IMG/VR virus record: IMGVR_UViG_3300027899_000001
Span: 1 to 64,000 of that record
Strand: one strand, 5' to 3'
Length of the DNA stretch: 64,000 nt
Position numbers and translations under genes: made by a program. Shown here piece after piece: positions 25,501 to 31,406 of this stretch; positions within the stretch are counted from its first letter, which is position 1; each line of letters begins with the position of its first letter. The notes under the pieces were generated by a model. It saw only the letters and a list, made by a program, of their open reading frames with translations. It did not search any database and was not told where the DNA came from.

Positions 25501-27163
25501 AAATATTTCACTTGCAACTGTTACAACTGGAACAATATCTAATATATTTACAACTAGCGCTTCTTCAGGAGGTACAGTTGTACATGATGGAAGTACATTA
25601 GTTACAGCTAGAGGAGTATGTTGGAATAATTTAATTAATCCTACAATATTAAATAGTAAATCTATAGATGGTACCGGAGAAGGTGTATTTACAAGTGCTT
25701 TAATTAATTTGAATGCAAGTACACATTATTATGTTAGGGCATATGCAACTAATGCGGTTGGAACTGCTTATGGTTCTAATGTTCAATTTGATACAAGTAC
25801 ATTAGATGTCTCCATTAGTATTTCGCTTCCTGTTGTTAGTACAATTGCAGTAACAAACATATTATTAACTAGTGCTTCTTGTAGATGTGATATAACATCA
25901 GATGGCAGTGCTAGTGTTACAGCTAGAGGTGCATGTTGGAATACATCAATAAACCCAACAGTTTCTAATTCTCACACAGTAGATGGATCTGGAACAGGAA
26001 TATACACAAGTTCTTTATTAGCATTAAATCCAAGCACACACTATTATGTTAGAGCTTATGCTACAAACGTAGCAGGAACAGCATATGGACTCAATGTTCA
26101 ATTTGATACTAATGCTATTTCCGTTCCTACTATATTTACAAATATTATAACAGATATTAGTTTATTTACAGCAACTGGAGGAGGAAATGTAACTCATGAT
26201 GGAAGTTCTGCTGTAATAACAAAAGGAATATGTTGGTCAATTTCTTCAAATCCTACAATCTTAAATCCGTCAACAAATGATGGAAGTGGTACAGGTTCTT
26301 ACATTAGTTATTTAACAGGATTAAATTCAAGCACTTATTATTATGTTAGAGGTTATGCTACAAATTCTGCAGGTGTTGGCTATGGACAAGTTGTAACATT
26401 TAGTACTTTATCAGCACCAGGAAATTCTTTATTTAGTGGGCTTATGGGATATTGGGCATTAGATGAAATTTCTGGACCTGTGTTAGATTCTTATGGAAGT
26501 ATAAATGGAACAAATTATGGAGCAACGCCAAATGTTCCTGGAAAACTTAATACTGGATATTATTTCGATGCATTAGAACATGATTATATTTCATTTGGAA
26601 ATGTATGTAAACCAACAGCAGGTTTAAGTTTTTCTATGTGGATAAAGGCTCCCGCTCAAAATGATATATTTGCCGGTGTAATAAATAATAATTATTGGTA
26701 TAGCGCCGGAAATCAGGCAGGCTATAATATTTTTATAGATAGTAGCAAATTATTGTTTGAATTATCTAATGGCGCATCAACTTCTTTATATAGTAATAAA
26801 CTAGTTGATGATAATGAATGGCATTTTGTAGCTGGAACTTGGGATGGTTCAATAATGAAAATTTATATTGATAGTTCTGTTGCTGATGCTAGTTTAAGTA
26901 GAACAACTCCATTGGCATATGATGTAACATCAACATTGCGTTTTGGATCTCATTCTGCACCATACGATTATACAGGTATTCTTGATGAAGTTGGAATATG
27001 GAATAGAGCATTAACTCCAACAGAAATAGGTACTTTATATAATGATGGAAATGGTTTAGGATATCCATTTGCAACTCAGGAAGTTAGTACATCATTACGT
27101 TTCTTAACAAATGATGGAAAATACTTAACCTCGAATGATAAAATGATATTCGCAAATACATAA
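10592..27163 (+). CDS. Giant 5523-aa mosaic protein: about 8 right-handed beta-helix modules (one PL9-like), 11 FN3-like repeats and 2 LamG domains
   Basis: Eleven PTVTT...GGNVT.DG...VT..GVCW...NPT...YYVRAYA.N..G..YG repeats; beta-helix NN ladders with GAYEY ends; two GIIDE(I/V)GIWNRALT-type LamG ends; hydrophobic N-terminus. Confidence 0.85.
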   Translation: MKSIKRLILTIILTFVLGVQLLMAILTVTGQTIINSDTTWNGYYVDRYEPMTFTFSNNSITSQNYSNYMLQAGDEDIQPTNNNLAGEVITGNRLTWNGTDMTSICHGVFTGCNINVVIKYNYLEKVPMGLIRKSASNMVNTSGGVAYNILNKTFIGTVVKGISNVNIYNNTYYSDRTFANTQYGRALIDVYTNTDLVPNSVAHNTKIKNNIFYTKYQINNIRVLDNESLIGFESDYNLFYCESGTPMFEISGTQITFAQWQALGYDTHSVVVNPNFIDFVNFVPTTRLNYGTNLGSTWQTGLSTSAVWIVGSTPTTSDQNGTWQVGARVYASSATAPTVTTTAVTSITSTTAISGGNVTSDGGSAVTARGVCWNTSTNPTIANSKTSNGTGTGSYSSSLTGLSNGVTYYVRAYATNSVGTAYGSNVSFVAENAVAGTYYVSTTGNDANSGTISQPFFTLNKAWTVIGPGDIVYVRGGTYQYLTSQECVGKNGTAGNLIKIWAYPGETPVITKAVGWTYTHRAGIYFVGSYFHWKGIEVSGFTQIDDNEYAGFNVDDGTNHNIFELLNIHHNGGSNRLINQDCDDNLVLNCDFHHNYDPLTTVPSAYGNADGMAANPRAGTTNTIRGCRFWSNCDDGLDLYGANGLVIVDKCWAWSNGYREDGVTKGGDGNGIKLGGTTGDYSTTHLRTVTNSLAFHNRNAGFTQNVARCISHIYNNTAYHNADGADVYNLGFEFEETSIVHILRNNVAHANQHPTNLQANYGNCITSNNTWNGLVTVTDADFTTISSTGVDGSRQSDGNLPALSFLHLITGSDLIAAGTNVGLITDGDGVAWNNPPSMGAYEYVSGSVVIPTVTTTAVTSITSTTAISGGNVTSDGGSAVTARGVCWNTSTNPTIANSKTSNGTGTGSYVSSLTGLSNGVTYYVRAYATNSVGTTYGSNVSFVAANSAPGTYYVKNGGNNNLDGLSDATAWETIDKVNSTITGGNTVLFKRGSTWRNQQIRPVAGSAGAYTTYGAYGTGAKPKILGSLTANSGWTNVSGNIWQTTGWTKDVGNIIFNNEQSCGRKFMTATPTLTTQGDFWYDYVNDRVRMYSVGNPASYYTNIEFALSQDAVVTSYNAPYIIIEDLDFRYWGNCVIQNARNYSIYRRLDISYIGGGDAGETQGAAWYDTRWGNGIQMWEGDGSYITVESCKIDQVYDAGISPQGQAGSWTMHDIFIRNNIVTNCEYNFEFWLRAGATAYNIYVEHNVFAYAGYGFAHNQRPDAIQGHNLQMGGMQATRNNIYLRNNIFYMSLNYNYSAWWYNPGPGTTPPGPSTYDDLYNITFDYNLYYTPGVYIGFFDALPTIFNTFAQWQAAFQVDESHGKGVDPLFVDPANGDFHLQPGSPAIAAGLAVAGVTTDFDGVSYASTPSMGALEYVSPTNNTYYVKNGGNDNLNGLSDSTAWETISKVNSFIKGGDKVLFKRDSVWRNEAISVVNGSAGAYTTYGAYGTGAKPRILGSVQLNSGWTNVSGNIWQNSNAAVLAKQVGNLIFNNEQSVGVKVASEALLNAQGRFYWNFSTGVLRMYSVGNPALYYSNIEAALQQQTADVYGHSYIKFENLDFRYSGEGTIFGDSNYIQVYDCNISYNGGAYTDVGGGTRIGGGIGTWDNASYWEILRCRISNEYDAGITMQGTGVTLIHDMIIRNNIIEKCEYNFEFWERPNTGQMYNIWFEHNTLAYAGYGWSHTQRPDSQQGHSIYMGGMSVQRHDIYIRNNIFYSSINDNIAFSYYNDGSYDDLINITFDYNLYYNPGVNTAFADAHDIIFLTFANWQAAVSVDESHGIGTNPLFVNAAGGDYHLSIGSPAIAAGLAVTGVTTDFDGVSYNSSPAMGAYEYVPGSSNIYYIDPTGADSAGRNGSNVAGQQWLTLAYAISRVTTGDTIHVNPGTYNISSQITVPIGISIEGDGITSILRSTYTSGPTLNLANSVLGSGNQYIANIKMDGVSTTAHTAVNVYRRSNVSIYNCTFVDFLQWGVRYRGQDAGEVEPTLWATGNSFHDNSVNNCSMYYYPGGDADVDKRNGNGQGLLEISEQQGMRVYNNTLIQTGRTTWHNGYCIKGIMGYNKDIKIYNNIMTKAAYTEAYGITWDFVLEFWESRGGIEVYGNTITGGSLDFSGSGTENDTTTQKGIYDYAVWIHDNSIMNTTLSAYSNTHGILIEQSATDVIIERNWIENVWAGIYFPLTPKSNPMYGTIFNNITVRYNVIKNVGTSGNNLQGFGIHGPYAVTNMTGNNIQYYNNTIIGRSGSNSWGIQIPVLGTLTNVYVRNNIVQGFSGAGSAGIYCYNYGTVNYAWVQYNNLYQCANSNAPLYGLSISNLTSESAYAGTVPPFVSTTDYHLTTSKDGIYITSGLTDKDGVTPSNPPDIGAYEYALVNGVYYIDPTGADSAGRNGSNVAGQQWLTLAYAISRVTTGDTIHVNPGTYTVTTQTSVPIGINIEGNGIGSSIIRSHYIAGDGNLNNACLVLSGGTNTDQHISGLTLDGDSLWGDNAIVVYNRSNVSIYNCQVVNFLTQGIRFDGSSPSLSVNNSLYGCTITNSGGIDTSDRRANIFIRNNTSLRIYNNTLNQTLRVSNTGLGIRLEDGVYGCKIYNNYLYGIQPGADWSFTMECWCADTVNGVGWGLEIYGNTITGLIDFGSGVSKGTGSYTYAVSFHDNVMGTDVAHAVTDYQHGLLFELNGSDIIIYNNEFKFLDRPIYFTSGQFSNIDIHSNIIRNVPASYSDGAGILFIGSGSPTSEQNVYIRNNTIIAHTGGVGPAQYGILFDARGTVNNFYIQNNIIQGFSSAPYESYGTTGSIGTLVVQKNVLYLNGNSNNIKLTLTPTSLTNDLGLKYDPVFVNAAAYNFHIQSTSPALRAGLYVGLVFDYDDQFWNNPPSIGAYEYMGALPSSIPSVTTSSITNILATTASGGGTVTHDGSLALSSRGICWNTSTNPTVLNSSTNNGVSEGVFTSSLVGLNPSTHYYVRAYAANSLGVGYGANVEFDTLKNTSIPIVTTTAITDISTFTATGGGNVTHDGSLAVTSKGVCWSVLPSPTIDNTFNTSGTGEGSYVSYLTGLNASTHYYVRAYAINAEGVGYGYDVSFNTLGSGISLVNGLMGYWKLNETTGSALDSVGSINGAVFGATQGVPGKISTAYRFNAATNSYIDLGISCKPTTAISFAVWLNPSTFNDIYSGVINNTTWVNPTEQYGYNVFLDSSKMLFELFNGDVQNSLWSNATITPNTWHFIVGTWDGAKMKLYINNVLDASQARTTTIGYDLASVLRFGSHSAPYDYTGVIDEIGIWNRALTISEVSTLYNSSNGLTYPFDASTNISIPTVTTSSVTNIFTTSASCGGNVTHDGSTAVTAKGVCWNTSINPTVLNSSTNNGTGTGVFTSAITGLNPSTHYYVRAYATNAVGTAYGSNVQFDTSTSPIVTSIPTVTTSSVTNIFTTSASCGGNVTHDGSTAVIAKGVCWSILSNPTISSALTNDGTGEGSFTSAITGLNPSTHYYVRAYATNAVGTGYGNQITFDSSIPVSVISTYYINAINGNDASAGTTQNTAWKTVAKVNAYTFIPGDTVLFRRGDTWNERLVVAQSGISGYPITYSNYGVGANPIFNAQNIRPNGIRIEGVSYIIIDGIDTINSTEEGIVVFDWNEIGSSNVTIKNLTSFNNVKAGIYMSIPYGTIMDCSTINNGLTTQHHGIYMGRSSILNNIYADNWLIERCHSYGNTGAGYQIYNSGSGTLRYSVTNNNGGTSGGWGAVIDTLAPNKNVNVYYNVLYNNDYWGLEVANLNSGDAVNIYNNVMYNNGQADYGAGLHVANNDNVTDGSIKIKNNLIFSNVYYDFQQSQSISKYTVSNNDYWKSFGNIIVWNSITYPQTQFASYQVASGDILSISKDPSVVNAAAYNFNLTSSSSCKNAGVNVGLTTDFIGTGIINFPDIGAYEFIELNISTPTVTTSLITNIAITSASCGGNVSHDGSTAVTAKGICWNTFSNPTIYDSSTTNDGIGEGIFYSALTNLNPSTHYYVRAYATNEMGTAYGNEVTLDTSKNSYYVNIVNGNDLNSGTTENTAWKTITRVNTALTTLPAGYAIRFRKGDTWYGTINIGKSGAANFPITIGSYGTGANPVITGFTTASSWTNAGNGIYYTSLTAESSTLMVSLDGYQAQMGKWPAIGWNHIESTNGTSTITDTAITSTYNWIGAQVVIRKNRWVIDKCIITNQSGNTITYNDPDAGSYQAVAGWGYFIQADLSTLVSYGNWYHDHSANRFYMYFGAELPANHVVKISSLDRCIYNSNYDHITIDGLTLEGANIDGYYGYNSASNHIIQNCNIGFSGRHGIYLQYPSNCIVQNCSIYSSNDHAVYSTSQVGVSGPFTISRNTITNTFIFPGTTDSGDNHGNALYSCADNTLIQNNRILNTGHLPINWGGTNSIIRNNIIDTFCFTTDNGAGIYTYGDRNTGKQVIGNIVLNAISATDGTDINDPLYPNTHFSHGLYTDGFSAHVSFIGNTVGNVNAFGIRMSASTNIVLKDNTFYQSYGFVSVLRSDTLIRDISVYNNVFISNNLDEHSPEGIKYESYFTPISSSTATSEIQGWGYWNNNYYYTNTETAMVVYGTDTGQCAPKSLEKWKTKYNHDTTSVFYPKFSSYTINSSGTNMLSNSRFDSDINNWTGTSLASISWVSNSSLDGGALKLRTNKKDYNWNWWDSDDYFYSSIGAVESNKTYIIKLLGKSELANKTISVRMYQTSTGNSIQQFFTLPSTSVNKEILFKYPQTDPAASLRFAGGDGDASVYFDNIYCYEASVNLIDVAATNFHFIYNTSENINKTYSLSAPMNDIKGNYYAAGMLDLSTWNSLVLFGTGTVTEGSTAITYVPTVTTSPVTNIFLTSASTGGNVTNGGGLTVTSRGVCWNTSINPTILNSSTNNGTGTGVFTSALSNLNPSTHYYVRAYAENSQGIGYGSNVQFDTSPNISLATVTTGTISNIFTTSASSGGTVVHDGSTLVTARGVCWNNLINPTILNSKSIDGTGEGVFTSALINLNASTHYYVRAYATNAVGTAYGSNVQFDTSTLDVSISISLPVVSTIAVTNILLTSASCRCDITSDGSASVTARGACWNTSINPTVSNSHTVDGSGTGIYTSSLLALNPSTHYYVRAYATNVAGTAYGLNVQFDTNAISVPTIFTNIITDISLFTATGGGNVTHDGSSAVITKGICWSISSNPTILNPSTNDGSGTGSYISYLTGLNSSTYYYVRGYATNSAGVGYGQVVTFSTLSAPGNSLFSGLMGYWALDEISGPVLDSYGSINGTNYGATPNVPGKLNTGYYFDALEHDYISFGNVCKPTAGLSFSMWIKAPAQNDIFAGVINNNYWYSAGNQAGYNIFIDSSKLLFELSNGASTSLYSNKLVDDNEWHFVAGTWDGSIMKIYIDSSVADASLSRTTPLAYDVTSTLRFGSHSAPYDYTGILDEVGIWNRALTPTEIGTLYNDGNGLGYPFATQEVSTSLRFLTNDGKYLTSNDKMIFANT
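11599..11769 (+). repeat. 171-bp exact direct repeat (second copy 13141-13311)
   Basis: FN3 copies 1 and 2 are nucleotide-identical over this span by manual alignment. Confidence 0.85.
16235..16367 (+). repeat. 133-bp exact direct repeat (second copy 17828-17960)
   Basis: Identical N-caps (IDPTGADSAGRNGSNVAGQQWLTLAYAISRVTTGDTIHVNPGTY) of two otherwise divergent beta-helix modules. Confidence 0.85.
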
Positions 27164-27165
27164 TC

Positions 27166-27180
27166 GAATATATAAATAAA
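27166..27180 (+). promoter_or_regulatory. Putative phage late promoter GAATATATAAATAAA (representative of at least 14 copies)
   Basis: GA(A)TATATAA recurs upstream of starts on both strands; this copy contains the T4 late consensus TATAAATA. Confidence 0.65.
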
Positions 27181-27190
27181 ATCATTATAT

Positions 27191-28921
27191 ATGGCTGAAT
27201 CATGTCCAGATAACAATAAACCTTTAAGTGTTGCATATCCTGACACAACAAAAAGTTCAATAGTAGCAGATCCAAAAACTATATCTGCTGCTACTCCGTT
27301 ATATGATGTTGTGAATAAAATGTCCTCAGCAGCAAGAGATTATTCAGCAATAAATGGAGTAGTAAATCAATTACTTGGATATGATGTAAGATGGTTTAGA
27401 GCAATTCCACAACAACGTTCAAAAGATGTTATATTTCAAGAATATACATTGTCAAATGTTGAAGAACAACCATTATGTGTAAAAACAATTCTTCCCACAG
27501 GAATGCCGCCTGATAGCAAATATAATTTTGATTTAATGGGTCTTGAGTATGAAGTTCCTTTAGAAATACAAATTGATAAAAAATACTGGGAATCTATTGC
27601 AGGATTTGGATCAGCACCACAGAAAAAAGATATTGTATATTTTGTTATATCTAATAAATTATATGAAGTAGAATCTTCATATTTGTTCAGAGGATTTATG
27701 GAACAAGAAACAACATGGAAATGTAATCTTATTAAATATCAGCCAAAAGCTTCCAGAAAAGAATCTGCAGCACTTCAAGAAACTATTGATCAATACACTG
27801 TTAGCGTTGAAGAATTATTTGGTCAAGCAATTGATAATGATGTTGCAAAATTAGTAGATGATCAACAAATGAATGCACTCAATTCAACTTCTAAAGATAA
27901 ATATAAATCATTTGATGTATCATTGAATACTATTAACAAAACAATGAGTATATACGGAACTGTGGTTGCACAATCATTTTATGATATGCAATCTCCTATT
28001 TGGTATAATGCTGTAACATATAATACTGAAGATCTTCTCGGTACTACTTCAAATAGAGCAGTAATGGCTTGGATTCAACCTCGTACTATACCTGCAATTC
28101 ATAAAGAATACAATGTCAGTTCAATAACTCCAATTGTAGGAACATTAGATATTTCAACTATGTATCAATATGATGCATCTTTATATAGTGCTGCTAACTA
28201 TACTATAACACTTAACACTCCTATATCATTATCTAACATTCAAATAGGAAATACTGTAGTTGTATCTCGTCAAGGAGCTCTTAATTTTTATGCAAAAGTT
28301 GTAGCTATAAGTATAAATCCATTAAAACTTTATTGTGCAATAAACGCATTTGTTTTAGAAGATTTAAATACTATTAAATCAGATTGGAATATTCAAACCG
28401 GATATAAATTAATGCTCAAAGAACCTATTTCTGTTATAGATGGCGTTAATGATTTTGGCGAACATGTGTTATCTGTGAATATTTGTGCTAATCAATATAT
28501 TGCTATTAGTTATGGACATACTTGGAATGATAGTAATGATTCATATAACGCATATGTTGTAAGAATGGATGATAAATTAAATGATAGCGAATGGTATGGA
28601 ATTGTAGTAAATATTGGTAATAGCTGGAAACAATATAGTGCGTATGTTTGGAAAAGACACGATTCAGATAAAAATGCTAAGTTACAAAATATATTTTATG
28701 AAACTCTTAGGCTTTATCCAGAAGATATTGCAGTAAATCAATATTCGATAAACAAATCTCCTTCTTATTTAACTAATTTAAGATTATTTAATACAACAAT
28801 TGAGCAAGAAAAACAAAGTTTAGAGCTTCTTTCTTATTTTACTCGCGATGCCGATCAAGCTATAATTTTAGATAATGCAGATCCACTAATGCACATACCT
28901 TATATTTCACGTCAAAGATAA
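27191..28921 (+). CDS. Virion structural protein, possibly neck/head-closure (T4 gp14-like N-terminus) with C-terminal beta-sandwich
   Basis: PQKKDIVYF...LYEV...W.CNL.KY segment resembles head-closure proteins; lies in the structural operon before terminase. Confidence 0.45.
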   Translation: MAESCPDNNKPLSVAYPDTTKSSIVADPKTISAATPLYDVVNKMSSAARDYSAINGVVNQLLGYDVRWFRAIPQQRSKDVIFQEYTLSNVEEQPLCVKTILPTGMPPDSKYNFDLMGLEYEVPLEIQIDKKYWESIAGFGSAPQKKDIVYFVISNKLYEVESSYLFRGFMEQETTWKCNLIKYQPKASRKESAALQETIDQYTVSVEELFGQAIDNDVAKLVDDQQMNALNSTSKDKYKSFDVSLNTINKTMSIYGTVVAQSFYDMQSPIWYNAVTYNTEDLLGTTSNRAVMAWIQPRTIPAIHKEYNVSSITPIVGTLDISTMYQYDASLYSAANYTITLNTPISLSNIQIGNTVVVSRQGALNFYAKVVAISINPLKLYCAINAFVLEDLNTIKSDWNIQTGYKLMLKEPISVIDGVNDFGEHVLSVNICANQYIAISYGHTWNDSNDSYNAYVVRMDDKLNDSEWYGIVVNIGNSWKQYSAYVWKRHDSDKNAKLQNIFYETLRLYPEDIAVNQYSINKSPSYLTNLRLFNTTIEQEKQSLELLSYFTRDADQAIILDNADPLMHIPYISRQR

Positions 28922-28922
28922 T

Positions 28923-29013
28923 GAATATATAAAATATAGTAGTTAGATTAATGCTAGAACATTAATCAACACTTGGATAGATTGAAATGCTGTCCTACTA
29001 TAATCTATATATT
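28923..29013 (+). ncRNA. Structured leader/inverted-repeat element A upstream of an HNH gene
   Basis: AATATATA..TATAGTAG pairs with CTACTATA..TATATATT; internal hairpin GATTAATG/CATTAATC; homologous to 55127-55213 with compensatory changes. Confidence 0.55.
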
Positions 29014-29034
29014 TTAAAATAACGGATAGAAATC

Positions 29035-29772
29035 ATGAATCATCAAAAAGTCTATGATGCTATAATTCAGAAAGCAAAATCTGAAAATAGAATTAAATTA
29101 CAAAAAAATCAAGAAGGTTATGTTTATTATGAAAATCATCATATATTACCAAAATGTTTAGGCGGAAGTAATGATGAAGAAAATTTAGTTTTATTAATCG
29201 CAAAAGAACATTTTGTTTGCCACAAATTACTTACATATATCTACAAAGAAAATATATCATTAATATATGCGTTTTTTATGTTATCTCATTTTGAAAAATA
29301 TAAAATATACATTTCATCAAGAGATTATGAAAATATAAGAAATTTAATTGCAATTACCCCTATAACTGATGAAAAAAGAATAAATTTAAAATTAGGTGTT
29401 AAAAAAAGAAAACCTATTTCAGAAAATACTCGTAAAAAGATGAGTGATTTAAAAAAAGGAAAAATACCTTGGAATAAAGGAAAAAAACATTCTGAAGAAT
29501 CAAAGAAAAAAATGAGTGAATCACAATTGAAACGTGAAAGTTTTTCGCAAAAAACACGGGAAAAAATGAGCGAATCACACAAAGGAAAACCCATAGGTAA
29601 AGGACGACAATTATCAAAAAAACATAAAGAAAATATAAGTAAATATAGAAAAGGAAAGATTGCAAATAATAAAGGAAAAATTGCTATATATAAAGATAAT
29701 AAAAAATATTTTATAAATGAAAATAGATTAGAAGAATATATACAAAAAGGCTATATTACAAAACAACGTTAA
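29035..29772 (+). CDS. Free-standing HNH homing endonuclease with NUMOD3-type repeats
   Basis: YYENHHILPKCLGGSNDEENLVLL.AKEHFVCH; KGKKHSEESKKKMSES repeats. Confidence 0.85.
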   Translation: MNHQKVYDAIIQKAKSENRIKLQKNQEGYVYYENHHILPKCLGGSNDEENLVLLIAKEHFVCHKLLTYIYKENISLIYAFFMLSHFEKYKIYISSRDYENIRNLIAITPITDEKRINLKLGVKKRKPISENTRKKMSDLKKGKIPWNKGKKHSEESKKKMSESQLKRESFSQKTREKMSESHKGKPIGKGRQLSKKHKENISKYRKGKIANNKGKIAIYKDNKKYFINENRLEEYIQKGYITKQR

Positions 29773-29774
29773 TA

Positions 29775-30173
29775 ATGAGAGCAAAATTCATATATGAAAA
29801 ATTTTCAGAAGATTCAGATCCTGTTCATGATTTAGGAATTGGTATAATGCATGCTATTAAACATTTTCTTACAAAAGAATCTCGATATAAAACAGAACCA
29901 ATCATATATCCTAAAGATTATTTATGGATGTGTGCAGCTGAAGAAAAAATAGACTATATTAAAGCTTTACTTAATATGGGTTATGATGTAAATGACGATG
30001 GATCTAGAGCTCTTCGTTGTGCTATAGTTACTCAAAATGCACCATTAGTAAAATTTTTATTACAAAAAGGCGCTGGATTTGAACCCAATGATAAATGGCA
30101 TCGTGATTGGTCTTATGAAACAGCTGAACGTAATGAAGAAATTACAAGATTATTGAAAGAATATAATATATAG
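29775..30173 (+). CDS. Ankyrin-repeat protein with shared EKF-SDP-DMGIG leader
   Basis: MRAKFIYEKFSEDSDPVHDLGIG leader; ALLNMGYDVN...ALRCAI...LVKFLLQKGA ankyrin-like repeats. Confidence 0.7.
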   Translation: MRAKFIYEKFSEDSDPVHDLGIGIMHAIKHFLTKESRYKTEPIIYPKDYLWMCAAEEKIDYIKALLNMGYDVNDDGSRALRCAIVTQNAPLVKFLLQKGAGFEPNDKWHRDWSYETAERNEEITRLLKEYNI

Positions 30174-30195
30174 TATACAATTAAAATAAAATATT

Positions 30196-30852
30196 ATGAA
30201 AATTCGAGAAGAACGAGAAGATTTAAGAAAAATGTTAGATAATTCTCCTGAAAAAATTAACAAAAATGTTGCAGTTACAGGAGAAGATATACCTGAATTA
30301 CAGCCAGAACCGTTAATGAATGTCAATCTTGGCGATGTTAAAAAACAATGTGAAAAAGAAGCACGAACAATGATAAAAAATGCCATCTCTTTTATGGTAC
30401 CTATGGATATGATTAAATCTAACAAATATCTAAAAGATAAATTTAAAGTAGATGTTATGTCATTAGCAGGTATGATTTATCAACTTAGAAGTAATGAAAT
30501 TATGCAAAAGGCTCTTATGGAACAAATTAACCTTGGCCTTACACATCCAAGATATTGGGAAGTATATTCTGGGATGTCAAAAACTATTGGAGATTTGAAT
30601 AAACAATTATTACAAACAGTAGAAGCTATACGAGAAACATATAGAAATTTTAAAAATGATGTTAAAGAACAAAGAACTGAAGCACTGGGTCCCCAAATGA
30701 ATAATTCTTCAGGTATGTTAACTGCTGGAGATGGAAGTGTAGTTACAAGAGGAACTAAGGAATTAATAAATCGCGTTAAACAATTTAAAAATGATAAAAA
30801 TAACGCTCAGTATATTGATTCGGAAAAATTAATTCCAAATATCCCCATATAA
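30196..30852 (+). CDS. Helical protein, candidate terminase small subunit
   Basis: Helical/coiled-coil 218-aa ORF directly upstream of terL, separated only by an HNH gene; the assignment is positional. Confidence 0.4.
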   Translation: MKIREEREDLRKMLDNSPEKINKNVAVTGEDIPELQPEPLMNVNLGDVKKQCEKEARTMIKNAISFMVPMDMIKSNKYLKDKFKVDVMSLAGMIYQLRSNEIMQKALMEQINLGLTHPRYWEVYSGMSKTIGDLNKQLLQTVEAIRETYRNFKNDVKEQRTEALGPQMNNSSGMLTAGDGSVVTRGTKELINRVKQFKNDKNNAQYIDSEKLIPNIPI

Positions 30853-30854
30853 AA

Positions 30855-31403
30855 ATGAATCATTTAAAAATTTATAATTCAATAATTGATAATGCTAAAT
30901 TAAAAAATAGAGTTAAATTTAACAAATCTAATGCAAATTATGTTTATTATGAAAATCATCACATTATTCCGAAGTGTTTAGGCGGAAATGGTAATAAAGA
31001 AAATTTAATTTTATTAACAGCAAAAGAACATTATGTATGTCATAAATTATTAACCTATATCTATAAAGAAAATAGAAAAATTGTTAATGCATTTCATAGA
31101 ATGACTTTTGATAAAAAAGGAAAACATAATATTTCATCAAGAGATTATGCTTATGCACGAGAATTAAAATCAAATACTCCCGTTTCTGAAGAATCAAAAG
31201 AAAAAAATCGTCAAACACATTTAAAAAACCCTCTTTACGAAGAAAAGAAACAAAAACAAAAAGAAAACAATTTTAGAGAAAATAATCCAATGTATGGAAG
31301 AAAACAGTCGAAAGAAACGATAGAAAAAAGAAAAAAAACTTGCGAAGAAAGATATGGAATAAATTGTTCTTTAAATTTTAGAAAAATAAATAAAATAAAA
31401 TAA
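30855..31403 (+). CDS. HNH homing endonuclease
   Basis: YYENHHIIPKCLGGNGNKENLILLTAKEHYVCH; NPMYGRKQSKETIEK tail. Confidence 0.85.
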   Translation: MNHLKIYNSIIDNAKLKNRVKFNKSNANYVYYENHHIIPKCLGGNGNKENLILLTAKEHYVCHKLLTYIYKENRKIVNAFHRMTFDKKGKHNISSRDYAYARELKSNTPVSEESKEKNRQTHLKNPLYEEKKQKQKENNFRENNPMYGRKQSKETIEKRKKTCEERYGINCSLNFRKINKIK

Positions 31404-31406
31404 TTT

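Noticed and set aside
10592-27163. Diversity-generating retroelement target suggested by the internal repeats
   Set aside because: The repeat pairs are identical rather than differing at adenines, and there is no reverse transcriptase in the window.
30855-31403. HNH gene as an intron-encoded ORF splitting the terminase
   Set aside because: The flanking ORFs have their own stop and start, only 2-3 nt of spacer exist on each side, and terL appears complete from its N-terminal motifs.
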